64,000 nt of DNA from Candidatus Latescibacterota bacterium (GCA_965204745.1 OZ242010.1:1952001-2016000), one strand, 5' to 3'. Positions 46,101 to 53,549 are shown, counted from the stretch's first letter. Program-made: numbers and translations. Notes: generated by a model not told the origin, from the sequence alone.

Positions 46101-46562
46101 CGGAAATTTCATCGTCCGTATATGATACGGGGCATTGAGGAGATGGACCGATACGGTCACGATCTCGAGCGCGCCCGGTTGAGCATAGGAAGTAGCCACG
46201 ACAAGAAAGACCGATTGGATGGCGAGATCCGAAAGATGGAAGATCAATGGCGCGGGGAACAGCGCGATGAGCGGTTTATGCAGCGGCTCGCGCTGAAGAG
46301 TTGGTTGCTCAACGAGGTGTTCCCCAAGACCTCAATTTACGTGTTGGATCGGGAAATTGAGGATACGGATAACACGTTTCGGCGATTGTTGAAGGAGTCC
46401 TACGATGAAGATTACGATCAGATGTTGAGACAATTCGGTTTGACCGAAGGAGAATTGGATGAGAAATTGGCAATGTTGATGGCTGAACTTGGCGATTTCG
46501 CTACTCCTTTGTCGTCGTATCGAGATGAGTTTTGCGAAGCTGATATTTATGTGATGAAGTGA
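43140..46562 (+). CDS. Large tubulin/FtsZ-like protein (Tubulin_2 / FtsZl1-type) with a long helical C-terminal region
   Basis: LIGLGGTGKEV; GAGQ.R..GRLAF; SIAGGTGSG..IDM; ANGFAA.KEL; RBS GGAGG. Confidence 0.88.
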   Translation: MMETGATAERIGGAQRGEDRVSIRPTVLIGLGGTGKEVLRRLRRMFYEKYRMPGLPVMEFLWFDTDIRNIDITRKETDLLDRRIDFSAREMVDGSVGPQELEAYRKNKGMYPHIWSWFPDALDSLASDAITQGAGQIRPCGRLAFFHHYAKLRMEIENKIKRVQSADAETEMKRMFPDYDADSNDLEIVLVTSIAGGTGSGSFIDMGFLCRDLAPNAVRTAYLVLPSVFDGVIGGARQTPRANGFAAIKELEHYMKPRFDAQGSDGSRHTTHIFEWDGRPHEVSAPPFSTVYLLDDRNFAGVRVEDFTDVFQMIAEFLLLDFDQTRFALDKRSVRSNMEQFLQEVATYKNDHYVQYFPCRYASFGLSQMEINQPRLANAASNRFAQYLVDFIIAEENEVPAGFSTADVLPQLAQLELTADRLIGLALNRPGADFTLADDAITKNLSPVFDDLQQKIRKAPEAREVAVLENQVAEAKSTVEGITLEIQREVAEKLKEEGTSKGDDIKQIIDNIDRLIPKLEDGLEDYCIGLLCDPMECGPNYVVSFLQYGKEALEGVLEELTRLANEPMEGPKVPAIDVAFSEDFHLFDQRLKEARDIPLAWQSKKIAVRYYEGKKQEAFRECTQKVNRDLLDQVEATRQELADWVRKRFRKDAARFLIDPVKRIISLLGSRAEIVGDDGKISLRVSGIQQQVQIFRDNLREMSGEFSKIHQAYIRRETGERNLNLTPELNYAEEIPEHLRRDREWRETDLRRLCQRALENYFRSEEAKNIFANLATAAGEEIDLIRAGTREIFNRSANSDRAPRDWDGVRETIDKYTFRLFKDFKTDLYATEELRRRFGEREEIVKRSQRAAPRVSTGRELPGLKDISDNRIGGDADWVNEVNRIASPAKGDPYEPTEHRNDAIVFVNQWMAFPLLSIGNIDDMHRDYRADIEAQADNVYKRHMIENYFQFADILPPQSDSEVQALIQAQRALINGLLMGIVNYDDSRKFHRPYMIRGIEEMDRYGHDLERARLSIGSSHDKKDRLDGEIRKMEDQWRGEQRDERFMQRLALKSWLLNEVFPKTSIYVLDREIEDTDNTFRRLLKESYDEDYDQMLRQFGLTEGELDEKLAMLMAELGDFATPLSSYRDEFCEADIYVMK

Positions 46563-46567
46563 CACAC

Positions 46568-46640
46568 TCCCCCTTTCATTGTAGGCACAGGCGTAGCCTA
46601 CAATGAGCGAAGCGAATAACGGGGCCGGAGGGATAGGTCA
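46568..46640. repeat. Half GGGACC-family palindrome with insert
   Basis: Approximate reverse complement of about 23366-23440. Confidence 0.65.
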
Positions 46641-46642
46641 TC

Positions 46643-49600
46643 ATGAACAGTAACATCCATTGTCCCAGGTGTGGTTGGCGCGTTTCCCGCGAGGATCGTT
46701 TCTGCGGGGGTTGTGCGTATAAGTTGGTGATTTTGAAAGTCAGTCCCGACCCGGATGAAGACTTGGGTGGTCGTGCGTGGACAATTTTTGATGGCATCCC
46801 CATCGCGCTGAAGCTGAGAAATGCAGGGATCAATCCCATAGAAATTTCGGAGTTGTCGGCATCCGGATTCGAGATTACCCAATGGCACGGCACTATTGAA
46901 CCGCCATATACGCTCAATGTCGATGAAAGTGTGGAATTGCGTTGCTCGCATGATGCTCCCGAAGGCGGCGGCGGCCGGTTGGAGTTGCTTTCGTCGAGTG
47001 ACCCCGTCGATCTTTTTGTGCGATGCCAGAAAGCACCGGAAATTTCGCTCGCTTCACAAGATGATCATGTGTTGAGGCACGACACAGACGAACCGCAGGT
47101 GTGTGACATGAATCCTGACGAGGGACGCATCGGCTTTACCCTTTGTCACGATTCTCCGCTGATGCTTCAGGCGGCTCCTTATTTGTCTGAAGGCGAATCT
47201 CATTTTGTTTTGCGTGGATTGCCAGAGGCATTCCCCCATCAACTCTCGCCTGACCATCGCTTTCGATTTGGCTTTATTCGGCGACAGGATTTTTCCGAGG
47301 AGACTTGTCGTGCGGTTCTCAATTTTCCTTTTGATGGCTTGGGCGAGATCGTATTCGATTTCTCGGTGCGCTATGTTGAGAGGCCAAAGATCGATTGGCA
47401 GTTCAGCCGCCGATTTGTGAACGAGGACGCACTGGTATCCGGCGGAAAGGAGAAGATAGATTTCGCACTTACCATAACGCACGAGGGTGGGCCACCCCTG
47501 CGAATCGAGCGGGTTGAATCAAATCGGGAGTGGCTCGAGGTAAAAAGTCAGATAACAGATCAAAATTCCATTCTGATCGATTCCTCAAGTGCTGAAATTG
47601 ATTTGCTTCTCAATCGAGGTATTCTTCCGATAGAGCAGGCTACCGCCCTTGATGCCACGCTGGACATCGAGGGAATCCCCGTTGGGGAAGACGCAATATT
47701 CCGCGAGTCAATTTCTCTTCCGGTTCAGATCCGACCGCCCCAAGCTCTGGAGTATCCCATTGCGGTCGATTTTGGCACCACCAATTCGTGTATTGCATAT
47801 CAGGATCCCCAAGACGGAAACCGCGAGAAATTGTTGCGATGGGGGGTGGGTGAAGGCGAACTCCCCTCGGTGTTTCAGTTTTTGGCGATTGCAGAGCCAG
47901 ATGATTATTTGGACGTGTTACAGGCGTTGGGGCCTGATGAAAGGCGTACGGAGTTGAAGGAGCAGGAGGTCTTTTTGCGATTTGGCGACACGCTGACAGA
48001 CCTGCGGTTCAGTGCTGAAAATATCCCGTCCATTTCATGGGGCTTCAAACACAACTTGAGAACGCCCGACGAGAAGGTCACGCGCAACGATTTGGGCACA
48101 GGGAGCATCAGCATAAACGGAAGGCGCTATACCCGGGGCAATAGATATGTTGAGGTTGATGCGATAGAGATGGTGGGGCTTTATCTCCGTTTTCTCTTGG
48201 AGCGTTTTCAAGAGATGACGGGTTATTTCCCTTTGGAAGCGGTTTTTACGTATCCCGCGGTTTTTAACCATCACAAGGCGGCATTGAAAAAAGCCATTGA
48301 ATGGGCTACGGAAGGGATGAAGCTCGAAAAATTTATTTTGGATATCAGCGAGCCGGAAGCCATTGCCCTCGATTATGCGCTGGATCTCGCTGCGACACTG
48401 GAGCGAGGTCAAACGATTGTTTATGGCGTTTTCGATTGCGGGGGAGGGACGACGGATATTTCCATTGTCCGGTTGACTTCCCAAACCGAAGGACGTCCGG
48501 ATGTCGAGATTCTCGGTTCTGACGGGGATAATTCACTCGGTGGCAACTTGCTGTCTTTTCGGCTCGCACGATATTTGTATGCTCAGATCGTCCCGGAACT
48601 CTATCGGACACAATTCCCGTTTCCCAAGACCTTGAATGAGGCGCTGAGAAGTCAAAATGAAAATTTCATAACGCTCTATGAACTGGCGGAAAGAATAAAG
48701 GAGAATAGCAAAATACTGTCCGATTTTGAAGACGCGCTGGATGATGCCCAATCGCTTCATCCAACGGGGAAAGGCATTTTAGATCTGATTGAAGACCCCG
48801 ATATTACCGTGAACTGGCCGCGCATTGTTCTCTCGGAGACTGATGGCACCGCGCTGGAGGTCAGGGGTACGGAACGTTTGTTGGGTGAAACAAAACTCGG
48901 AGATATGGCCCCGTTGGATATCGGTGATCTCTATGACGCGGTTCGCGGGGATTTGGAAAAGGGCTTTGAGAAGCTCGATCAAATGCAGGCGTATCTGTTC
49001 GAGAAAGAGCGGATCGCCGACCTTGAATTGGATTGTCTGATTTTGGAAGGCAATTCCTCTCGTTTTCCGTTGGTCAAACGGGTTGCCGAAGAAAAGGCAC
49101 GCACGAAAAAAATTATTTTCAATCCCAAAAAATTAAAAAGAAGCGTGGCTTTGGGGAGTATCGAATACGGAGCGAGTTTGAAGGCTTTGCCGACGGGCAC
49201 TTTGCAAGGATCAAGCGATTCGAGTATCGAATACGGAGCGAGTTTGAAGGACTCCACGCGGCCGCGCATAATGGGAATACACAAATTGAATTATCCGATA
49301 TGCAGAAGTGCTTTTACCCATTTTGTGCCCATTTTTGACCGCTGGACACCTTTGAAGCCGAATACGACCATCACCCCTGAAACCCCGTCTCCCACCATCC
49401 CGACAGAAACGGCACGGGGCGAGATTGGGCTTTTTGAGTTTTTTGGATGGGATTTCAACACGCGGCTAACCCAAGGGGGAAATAGGGTCGCTGCCGCGTT
49501 GCGCGTGCCGATTGAAGATGACGCATTTCAACAGGCGCGATTTTGGACTTATTGCTTGGAATTGCGGTGCGATGCAGAGGGAAAGGCGAGCCTGTGGTAT

Positions 49601-49690
49601 AATTATCGCGTTGGCAATGAAGCGGATGGCAGTGACTTTGAACTCGTCTGGGAAGAACATCGACATTGTGCGGGCTTTTCCTATACCTAG
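46643..49690 (+). CDS. Atypical Hsp70-family ATPase with N-terminal Zn ribbon and Ig-like domains
   Basis: CPRCG......RFCGGC; IAVDFGTTNSC; TYPAVF; ISEPEAIAL; VFDCGGGTTDISIV; LGGN; LEGNSSRFPLV; SVALG. Confidence 0.85.
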   Translation: MNSNIHCPRCGWRVSREDRFCGGCAYKLVILKVSPDPDEDLGGRAWTIFDGIPIALKLRNAGINPIEISELSASGFEITQWHGTIEPPYTLNVDESVELRCSHDAPEGGGGRLELLSSSDPVDLFVRCQKAPEISLASQDDHVLRHDTDEPQVCDMNPDEGRIGFTLCHDSPLMLQAAPYLSEGESHFVLRGLPEAFPHQLSPDHRFRFGFIRRQDFSEETCRAVLNFPFDGLGEIVFDFSVRYVERPKIDWQFSRRFVNEDALVSGGKEKIDFALTITHEGGPPLRIERVESNREWLEVKSQITDQNSILIDSSSAEIDLLLNRGILPIEQATALDATLDIEGIPVGEDAIFRESISLPVQIRPPQALEYPIAVDFGTTNSCIAYQDPQDGNREKLLRWGVGEGELPSVFQFLAIAEPDDYLDVLQALGPDERRTELKEQEVFLRFGDTLTDLRFSAENIPSISWGFKHNLRTPDEKVTRNDLGTGSISINGRRYTRGNRYVEVDAIEMVGLYLRFLLERFQEMTGYFPLEAVFTYPAVFNHHKAALKKAIEWATEGMKLEKFILDISEPEAIALDYALDLAATLERGQTIVYGVFDCGGGTTDISIVRLTSQTEGRPDVEILGSDGDNSLGGNLLSFRLARYLYAQIVPELYRTQFPFPKTLNEALRSQNENFITLYELAERIKENSKILSDFEDALDDAQSLHPTGKGILDLIEDPDITVNWPRIVLSETDGTALEVRGTERLLGETKLGDMAPLDIGDLYDAVRGDLEKGFEKLDQMQAYLFEKERIADLELDCLILEGNSSRFPLVKRVAEEKARTKKIIFNPKKLKRSVALGSIEYGASLKALPTGTLQGSSDSSIEYGASLKDSTRPRIMGIHKLNYPICRSAFTHFVPIFDRWTPLKPNTTITPETPSPTIPTETARGEIGLFEFFGWDFNTRLTQGGNRVAAALRVPIEDDAFQQARFWTYCLELRCDAEGKASLWYNYRVGNEADGSDFELVWEEHRHCAGFSYT

Positions 49691-50067
49691 GTCGTGTTGA
49701 CATTTTATTTTTTTAACGTTCCACACAGATTAGCAAATGTGTTGCTTGTTCATTTAAGGTGCTTCCTTTGATGGCTTCTCGCTCTGGTTGCTCTGATGGC
49801 GTTGCGCTGGGGGACCTATCCCCCGGCCCCTTTCCTACGAGGAAAGGGGAGTAAAGCTCCTTTGATGGCTTCTCGCTCTGGTTGCTCTGATGGCGTTGAC
49901 CGAGGGCATAAAGCGATTAAATATCCCTCATCAATCCCCTCGCAAAACCGCTCACAGTTCCCCCCTTCCTCGCAGGAAGGGGGGTTAGGGGGGTAGGTCC
50001 CGATAGGGCTTGATTTTCTCGATAAACCGCTCAAGCCGGTGCATGGCTCGTAAATGTCAACAGAACC
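49690..50067. mobile_element. Non-autonomous MITE (378 bp) with IS5-type ends, carrying a GGGACC palindromic element
   Basis: TIRs GGTCGTGTTGACATTT / AAATGTCAACAGAACC; TA duplication; subterminal sequence shared (inverted) with the MITE at 32559. Confidence 0.88.
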
Positions 50068-50091
50068 TAGTGATATTCGTGGAGATGAATC

Positions 50092-50898
50092 ATGTTTGAA
50101 GAACTGTTTTATCCATTATCGAGCACCATCATCTCTCTAATCGCACTTGCGTGCGTTTGTCTTTGGGTGAGAAAGCAGGTTTTGGGGTTGCGTGCAGAAG
50201 CAGAACGCAGGGAGGCAAAGCGCGAAAAGAGCGATCAGAATGCAGAAGAGGTTGAATGGCTGAAACGTTTGAAGGCAGGTCTTGAAGAGAGGGTGAGGGG
50301 CGTTGCAGAACGCGCAATAGCGGAAGAACACAGGCGCGAACTGAAAAAGCGCGTGGCGTATTTGAGGCGGTTTCTGGCGGCATTGGCAGAACTAGAAAGC
50401 GCGATGTCGGCGGAAGACCGCGTTTCTTTTGCGGTATATGTGGATCGGGAAATCGAGAAGCCCTTAAAACAGATGCGGGATCTGTTGACGCTGTGCGAAA
50501 TGCAAAATGCGTCGACGGATCCGGTGCTTTTGCTCAAGGGAGCTCTGCTCGGGGAAGAGGTTTTTAGTGCGTCTTCAATCGCGAGCCTTTTGCGGCGCAC
50601 GCGCCCCGGGCAGATGATCCGATATTTCTTGCCGGAAATTGACAGTCGCGTCACCGAGAACGGGCAGGAGAACGCGCAGCGCGTTTTTGATGGGATGACG
50701 GAATTAGGCGGGGATGAAGTGGAACTTATCGGTGCGCGCCCGGGCGCCCGGTTTGACACGAGCCAATACCAAATTGTCGGTCAAGACACGAGCGGCGGGC
50801 AACCTCGGGATAGTATTGTGAGATGCGTCGCGCACGGGCTTAAAAATGCCCAAACCGGAGAGACGGAACACAAAGCAAAAGTGATCATCGCTGGATAG
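50092..50898 (+). CDS. Membrane-anchored GrpE-like protein
   Basis: N-terminal TM, coiled coil, C-terminal PGARFD..QYQIV....DSIV.CV.HGL......HKAKVII resembling the GrpE beta domain; follows the Hsp70 gene. Confidence 0.65.
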   Translation: MFEELFYPLSSTIISLIALACVCLWVRKQVLGLRAEAERREAKREKSDQNAEEVEWLKRLKAGLEERVRGVAERAIAEEHRRELKKRVAYLRRFLAALAELESAMSAEDRVSFAVYVDREIEKPLKQMRDLLTLCEMQNASTDPVLLLKGALLGEEVFSASSIASLLRRTRPGQMIRYFLPEIDSRVTENGQENAQRVFDGMTELGGDEVELIGARPGARFDTSQYQIVGQDTSGGQPRDSIVRCVAHGLKNAQTGETEHKAKVIIAG

Positions 50899-50912
50899 GA
50901 AATAGGGCCGAT

Positions 50913-52541
50913 ATGTCCGATTTACTTTTTGAATGGAATTTTTTGGCGATTTGGCTGTTTGTTATGGGCCTAGTTTTTTTATTGGGTCTTCGGTTATGGA
51001 TAAAAATGATGCTCGAGATGAACAAATCGAGAAAAGCACTTGAAGATTTGAGGCGTTGGAGCAGAAGATATCCAGAATTTAGTGCGGGCATATACCACGA
51101 CAGGGAAGCAGCGGAGATCTCGGATCCCACTCTAAATCGCAAGACGCAGAGATGGTTGAAGCAGTTTTGGGCAGGGCATCGGCAAAATAAACCCCCAGTT
51201 GTCGATGAGGTGATCCAAAAGGAAGAAGACCATCTTTGTAGCGAGGATGATAAGTTCCGCACGATAAGCGGCAGTTTGATCATCTTGGGGCTTCTCGGGA
51301 CTTTCGTTGGACTTTATCAGGTCATTCTGCCGATACAGAGCATTATCCAAAATACGAAGGATAGTGCCACGATTACAGACCCGGCGGTAGCCGCACAGAG
51401 CATGACAGAAATGCTGAAAGACATCGGTGGGTCGCTTTCGGGGATGGAGTTTGCCTTTGTAACCAGTATTGGCGGGTTAGGTTGTATGCTTGTATTGAAT
51501 TGGATTTTTTCACGTTTCAGCAAGAAAAGGTTTGAACTGATCGATGAGTTGGAAACGTGTTGCAATGAAGAGATCGCGCCGAGGTTCAGATTGTTTTTGC
51601 CAGAGACACAGTTGGAGGAGGCGGTCAATAGAGCTTTCAGGTCTCTTGCAGATAGGCATTCGGAATTTATGGCGGGTCAGGAAGACTATATCAGAACCGC
51701 ACTCGAAGCGCATTTTGAGAAAGTATTGGCTTATCTCGAACCGCTTTTTCAAACGCTTAAAAATACGAGCGATACGTTCAACGCGGCGAGTGCTTCCAGC
51801 CATCGGACGAGTGAAAAGTGGCAGAAGACGCTCGATGATTTTGCCGAGCTGCACGCTAAATTTATGGCGACACAAAAAGAAAATCTCGAGACCGCGCTCA
51901 AGCCGCTTTTGCAAACCCTCAACAGTGCCAGCGATACCCTCGACAAGGCGACCGAGGATTGGAGCGAAACGTTCTCGCGGGGGGCCGAAGCGGTGCGCGA
52001 GTCAGGCGAGAATTTTGTAAAACACATCTCGAATTTCACCAAACTCAGCGAACCGCTGGAGGAGTTGAAAGCCGCGGTTGAAAAAATGGTTGAAGACTTT
52101 GATGGGCGGATCGAGGCTCTGGCACTGACGATGGGAGAAACCTATCAGGTGCTTCAAAAGCTCAACCCGGATGAACCCATGTATCAGCCCGTTTTTGAAA
52201 ATATAAAGGCGCGATTAGATGCCATTCACAGCACGGAACAAGCCCTTTTGAAGTTCCAGCAGGTGTCGGATGACGAAGCCGAGACAGGGATAGATGAAAA
52301 GGTCGAGGCTTTGCTCAAGGGCCTGTCGGGCGTTGAAAGTGCCATAGAGAATTTGAAGGAGACACTGGTGAAGAATTTGACCGTTGTCGATCAAACGCTG
52401 AATGATTTTCCCGAAGTTCTGCGCCAGCAAAAGCGGATTATCGGGTTGTTGACGAATATGGATGTCGCGGATCGTCCAAACAGGGTTAAGCGTTTGGCCG
52501 GTAAAGTGAAGGATTTTTTTAACCGACTTTATCTCGGGTAG
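50913..52541 (+). CDS. MotA/TolQ/ExbB-family (ZorA-like) membrane protein with a long helical tail
   Basis: TM1; IILGLLGTFVGL; GMEFAFVTSIGGL; about 330-aa coiled-coil C-terminus. Confidence 0.8.
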   Translation: MSDLLFEWNFLAIWLFVMGLVFLLGLRLWIKMMLEMNKSRKALEDLRRWSRRYPEFSAGIYHDREAAEISDPTLNRKTQRWLKQFWAGHRQNKPPVVDEVIQKEEDHLCSEDDKFRTISGSLIILGLLGTFVGLYQVILPIQSIIQNTKDSATITDPAVAAQSMTEMLKDIGGSLSGMEFAFVTSIGGLGCMLVLNWIFSRFSKKRFELIDELETCCNEEIAPRFRLFLPETQLEEAVNRAFRSLADRHSEFMAGQEDYIRTALEAHFEKVLAYLEPLFQTLKNTSDTFNAASASSHRTSEKWQKTLDDFAELHAKFMATQKENLETALKPLLQTLNSASDTLDKATEDWSETFSRGAEAVRESGENFVKHISNFTKLSEPLEELKAAVEKMVEDFDGRIEALALTMGETYQVLQKLNPDEPMYQPVFENIKARLDAIHSTEQALLKFQQVSDDEAETGIDEKVEALLKGLSGVESAIENLKETLVKNLTVVDQTLNDFPEVLRQQKRIIGLLTNMDVADRPNRVKRLAGKVKDFFNRLYLG

Positions 52542-52547
52542 GTGGCG

Positions 52548-52715
52548 ATGAAAAGAAACCGAACCCGTAGGGATACCTCGCTGAATGTATGGCCGTCTTT
52601 TACGGATCTGATTACGTCTATTTTTATTTTTGCGATGTTTTTGCTCATTTTGATGGTCGTGCAAAACTATATCAGTTTGGTGCAGTTGAGCTACCATCGC
52701 ATTGTCGGCAGTTAA
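52548..52715 (+). CDS. MotB/ZorB-like TM peptide (55 aa) lacking the OmpA-like domain, possibly truncated
   Basis: Manual translation MKRNRTRRDTSLNVWPSFTDLITSIFIFAMFLLILMVVQNYISLVQLSYHRIVGS; WPSFTDL motif; starts 6 nt after the MotA-like gene. Confidence 0.75.
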   Translation: MKRNRTRRDTSLNVWPSFTDLITSIFIFAMFLLILMVVQNYISLVQLSYHRIVGS

Positions 52716-52730
52716 ATTGAGGAGGATCAA

Positions 52731-53549
52731 ATGAACCGATTGACCAAAACGATGCGGCAGCAGTGGCACGAGCAGGGGTATTTGCATTTGAAAAATGTGA
52801 TTCCCAAAGCCGAAGCCGCGGCCTATCTCCACGCGGCCAACGACGTGATCGCGCAGTACGAAGCGGAAAATCCCGATGTGCGGGAGAAGGGGGTTTATAC
52901 GATCATTCAAACCCTTTTCCGAACGACCGGGATCGATGGGTTGATGGATCACCCCAATTTGTTCGGCATCATTCTCGATCTGATGGGGCCGTATCTCCAG
53001 ATTATGGGATCGCAGATTTACGTGCGCTATCCCAGCGACAAGGCCGATAATTTGCTCGGCTGGCACACCGATGCCGGGCGGTCATTGGCGCAAATTCGGG
53101 TCGCGCCGGACAGCTTGCCGCTGAATTTCAAAATCCAGTTTTTCCTGACCGATATTCCCCTGGAAAATCGCGCCAATTTCTGCTTGGTGCCCGGTAGCCA
53201 TCGCCGGACCTTGCCTAAGTTGCAACGCGATGAAACGCCGCTGGGCGCGATCCAACTGATCGCCGAAGCCGGCGATTGCGCGATTTTTCCAAATACGATG
53301 TGGCACGCGGTCGCGCCCAATCACTCGGATGTGGTGCGGCGCAGCATCACGTTTCGGTACGGGCAGATGTGGTGCCGGCCTTATGATTACGAGACGTGCC
53401 CTGATGAGGTGCTAGCGCGCATGACGCCCCGCCGCCGGCGGTTGATGGGCGACATGGGCGCGCATTACACGCCGACCGATTATTTCAAGCCGCGCGATCA
53501 GATCGAGGTGATCACGGATGGCTTGGATTTTGAATGCCCCCACGTTTAA
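52731..53549 (+). CDS. Phytanoyl-CoA dioxygenase (PhyH) family protein
   Basis: EQGYL..KNVI, GWHTD, FFLTD, LVPGSH, AGD..IF...WH...PN.S. Confidence 0.9.
   Translation: MNRLTKTMRQQWHEQGYLHLKNVIPKAEAAAYLHAANDVIAQYEAENPDVREKGVYTIIQTLFRTTGIDGLMDHPNLFGIILDLMGPYLQIMGSQIYVRYPSDKADNLLGWHTDAGRSLAQIRVAPDSLPLNFKIQFFLTDIPLENRANFCLVPGSHRRTLPKLQRDETPLGAIQLIAEAGDCAIFPNTMWHAVAPNHSDVVRRSITFRYGQMWCRPYDYETCPDEVLARMTPRRRRLMGDMGAHYTPTDYFKPRDQIEVITDGLDFECPHV

Noticed and set aside
43140-46562. Annotation as cell-division FtsZ
   Set aside because: About three times too long, divergent signature, and not in a dcw cluster.
49156-49250. 29-bp repeat with a 37-bp spacer, CRISPR-like dimensions
   Set aside because: Only two copies, in frame inside a CDS, with no leader and no cas genes in the window.
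46643-49690. Annotation as housekeeping dnaK
   Set aside because: Long N-terminal extension, no recognisable DnaK substrate-binding domain, and no dnaJ or hrcA context.
50913-52715. Calling this a canonical Zorya system or a flagellar stator
   Set aside because: No zorC/D/E-like or flagellar genes are nearby, and the B subunit lacks its OmpA-like domain.
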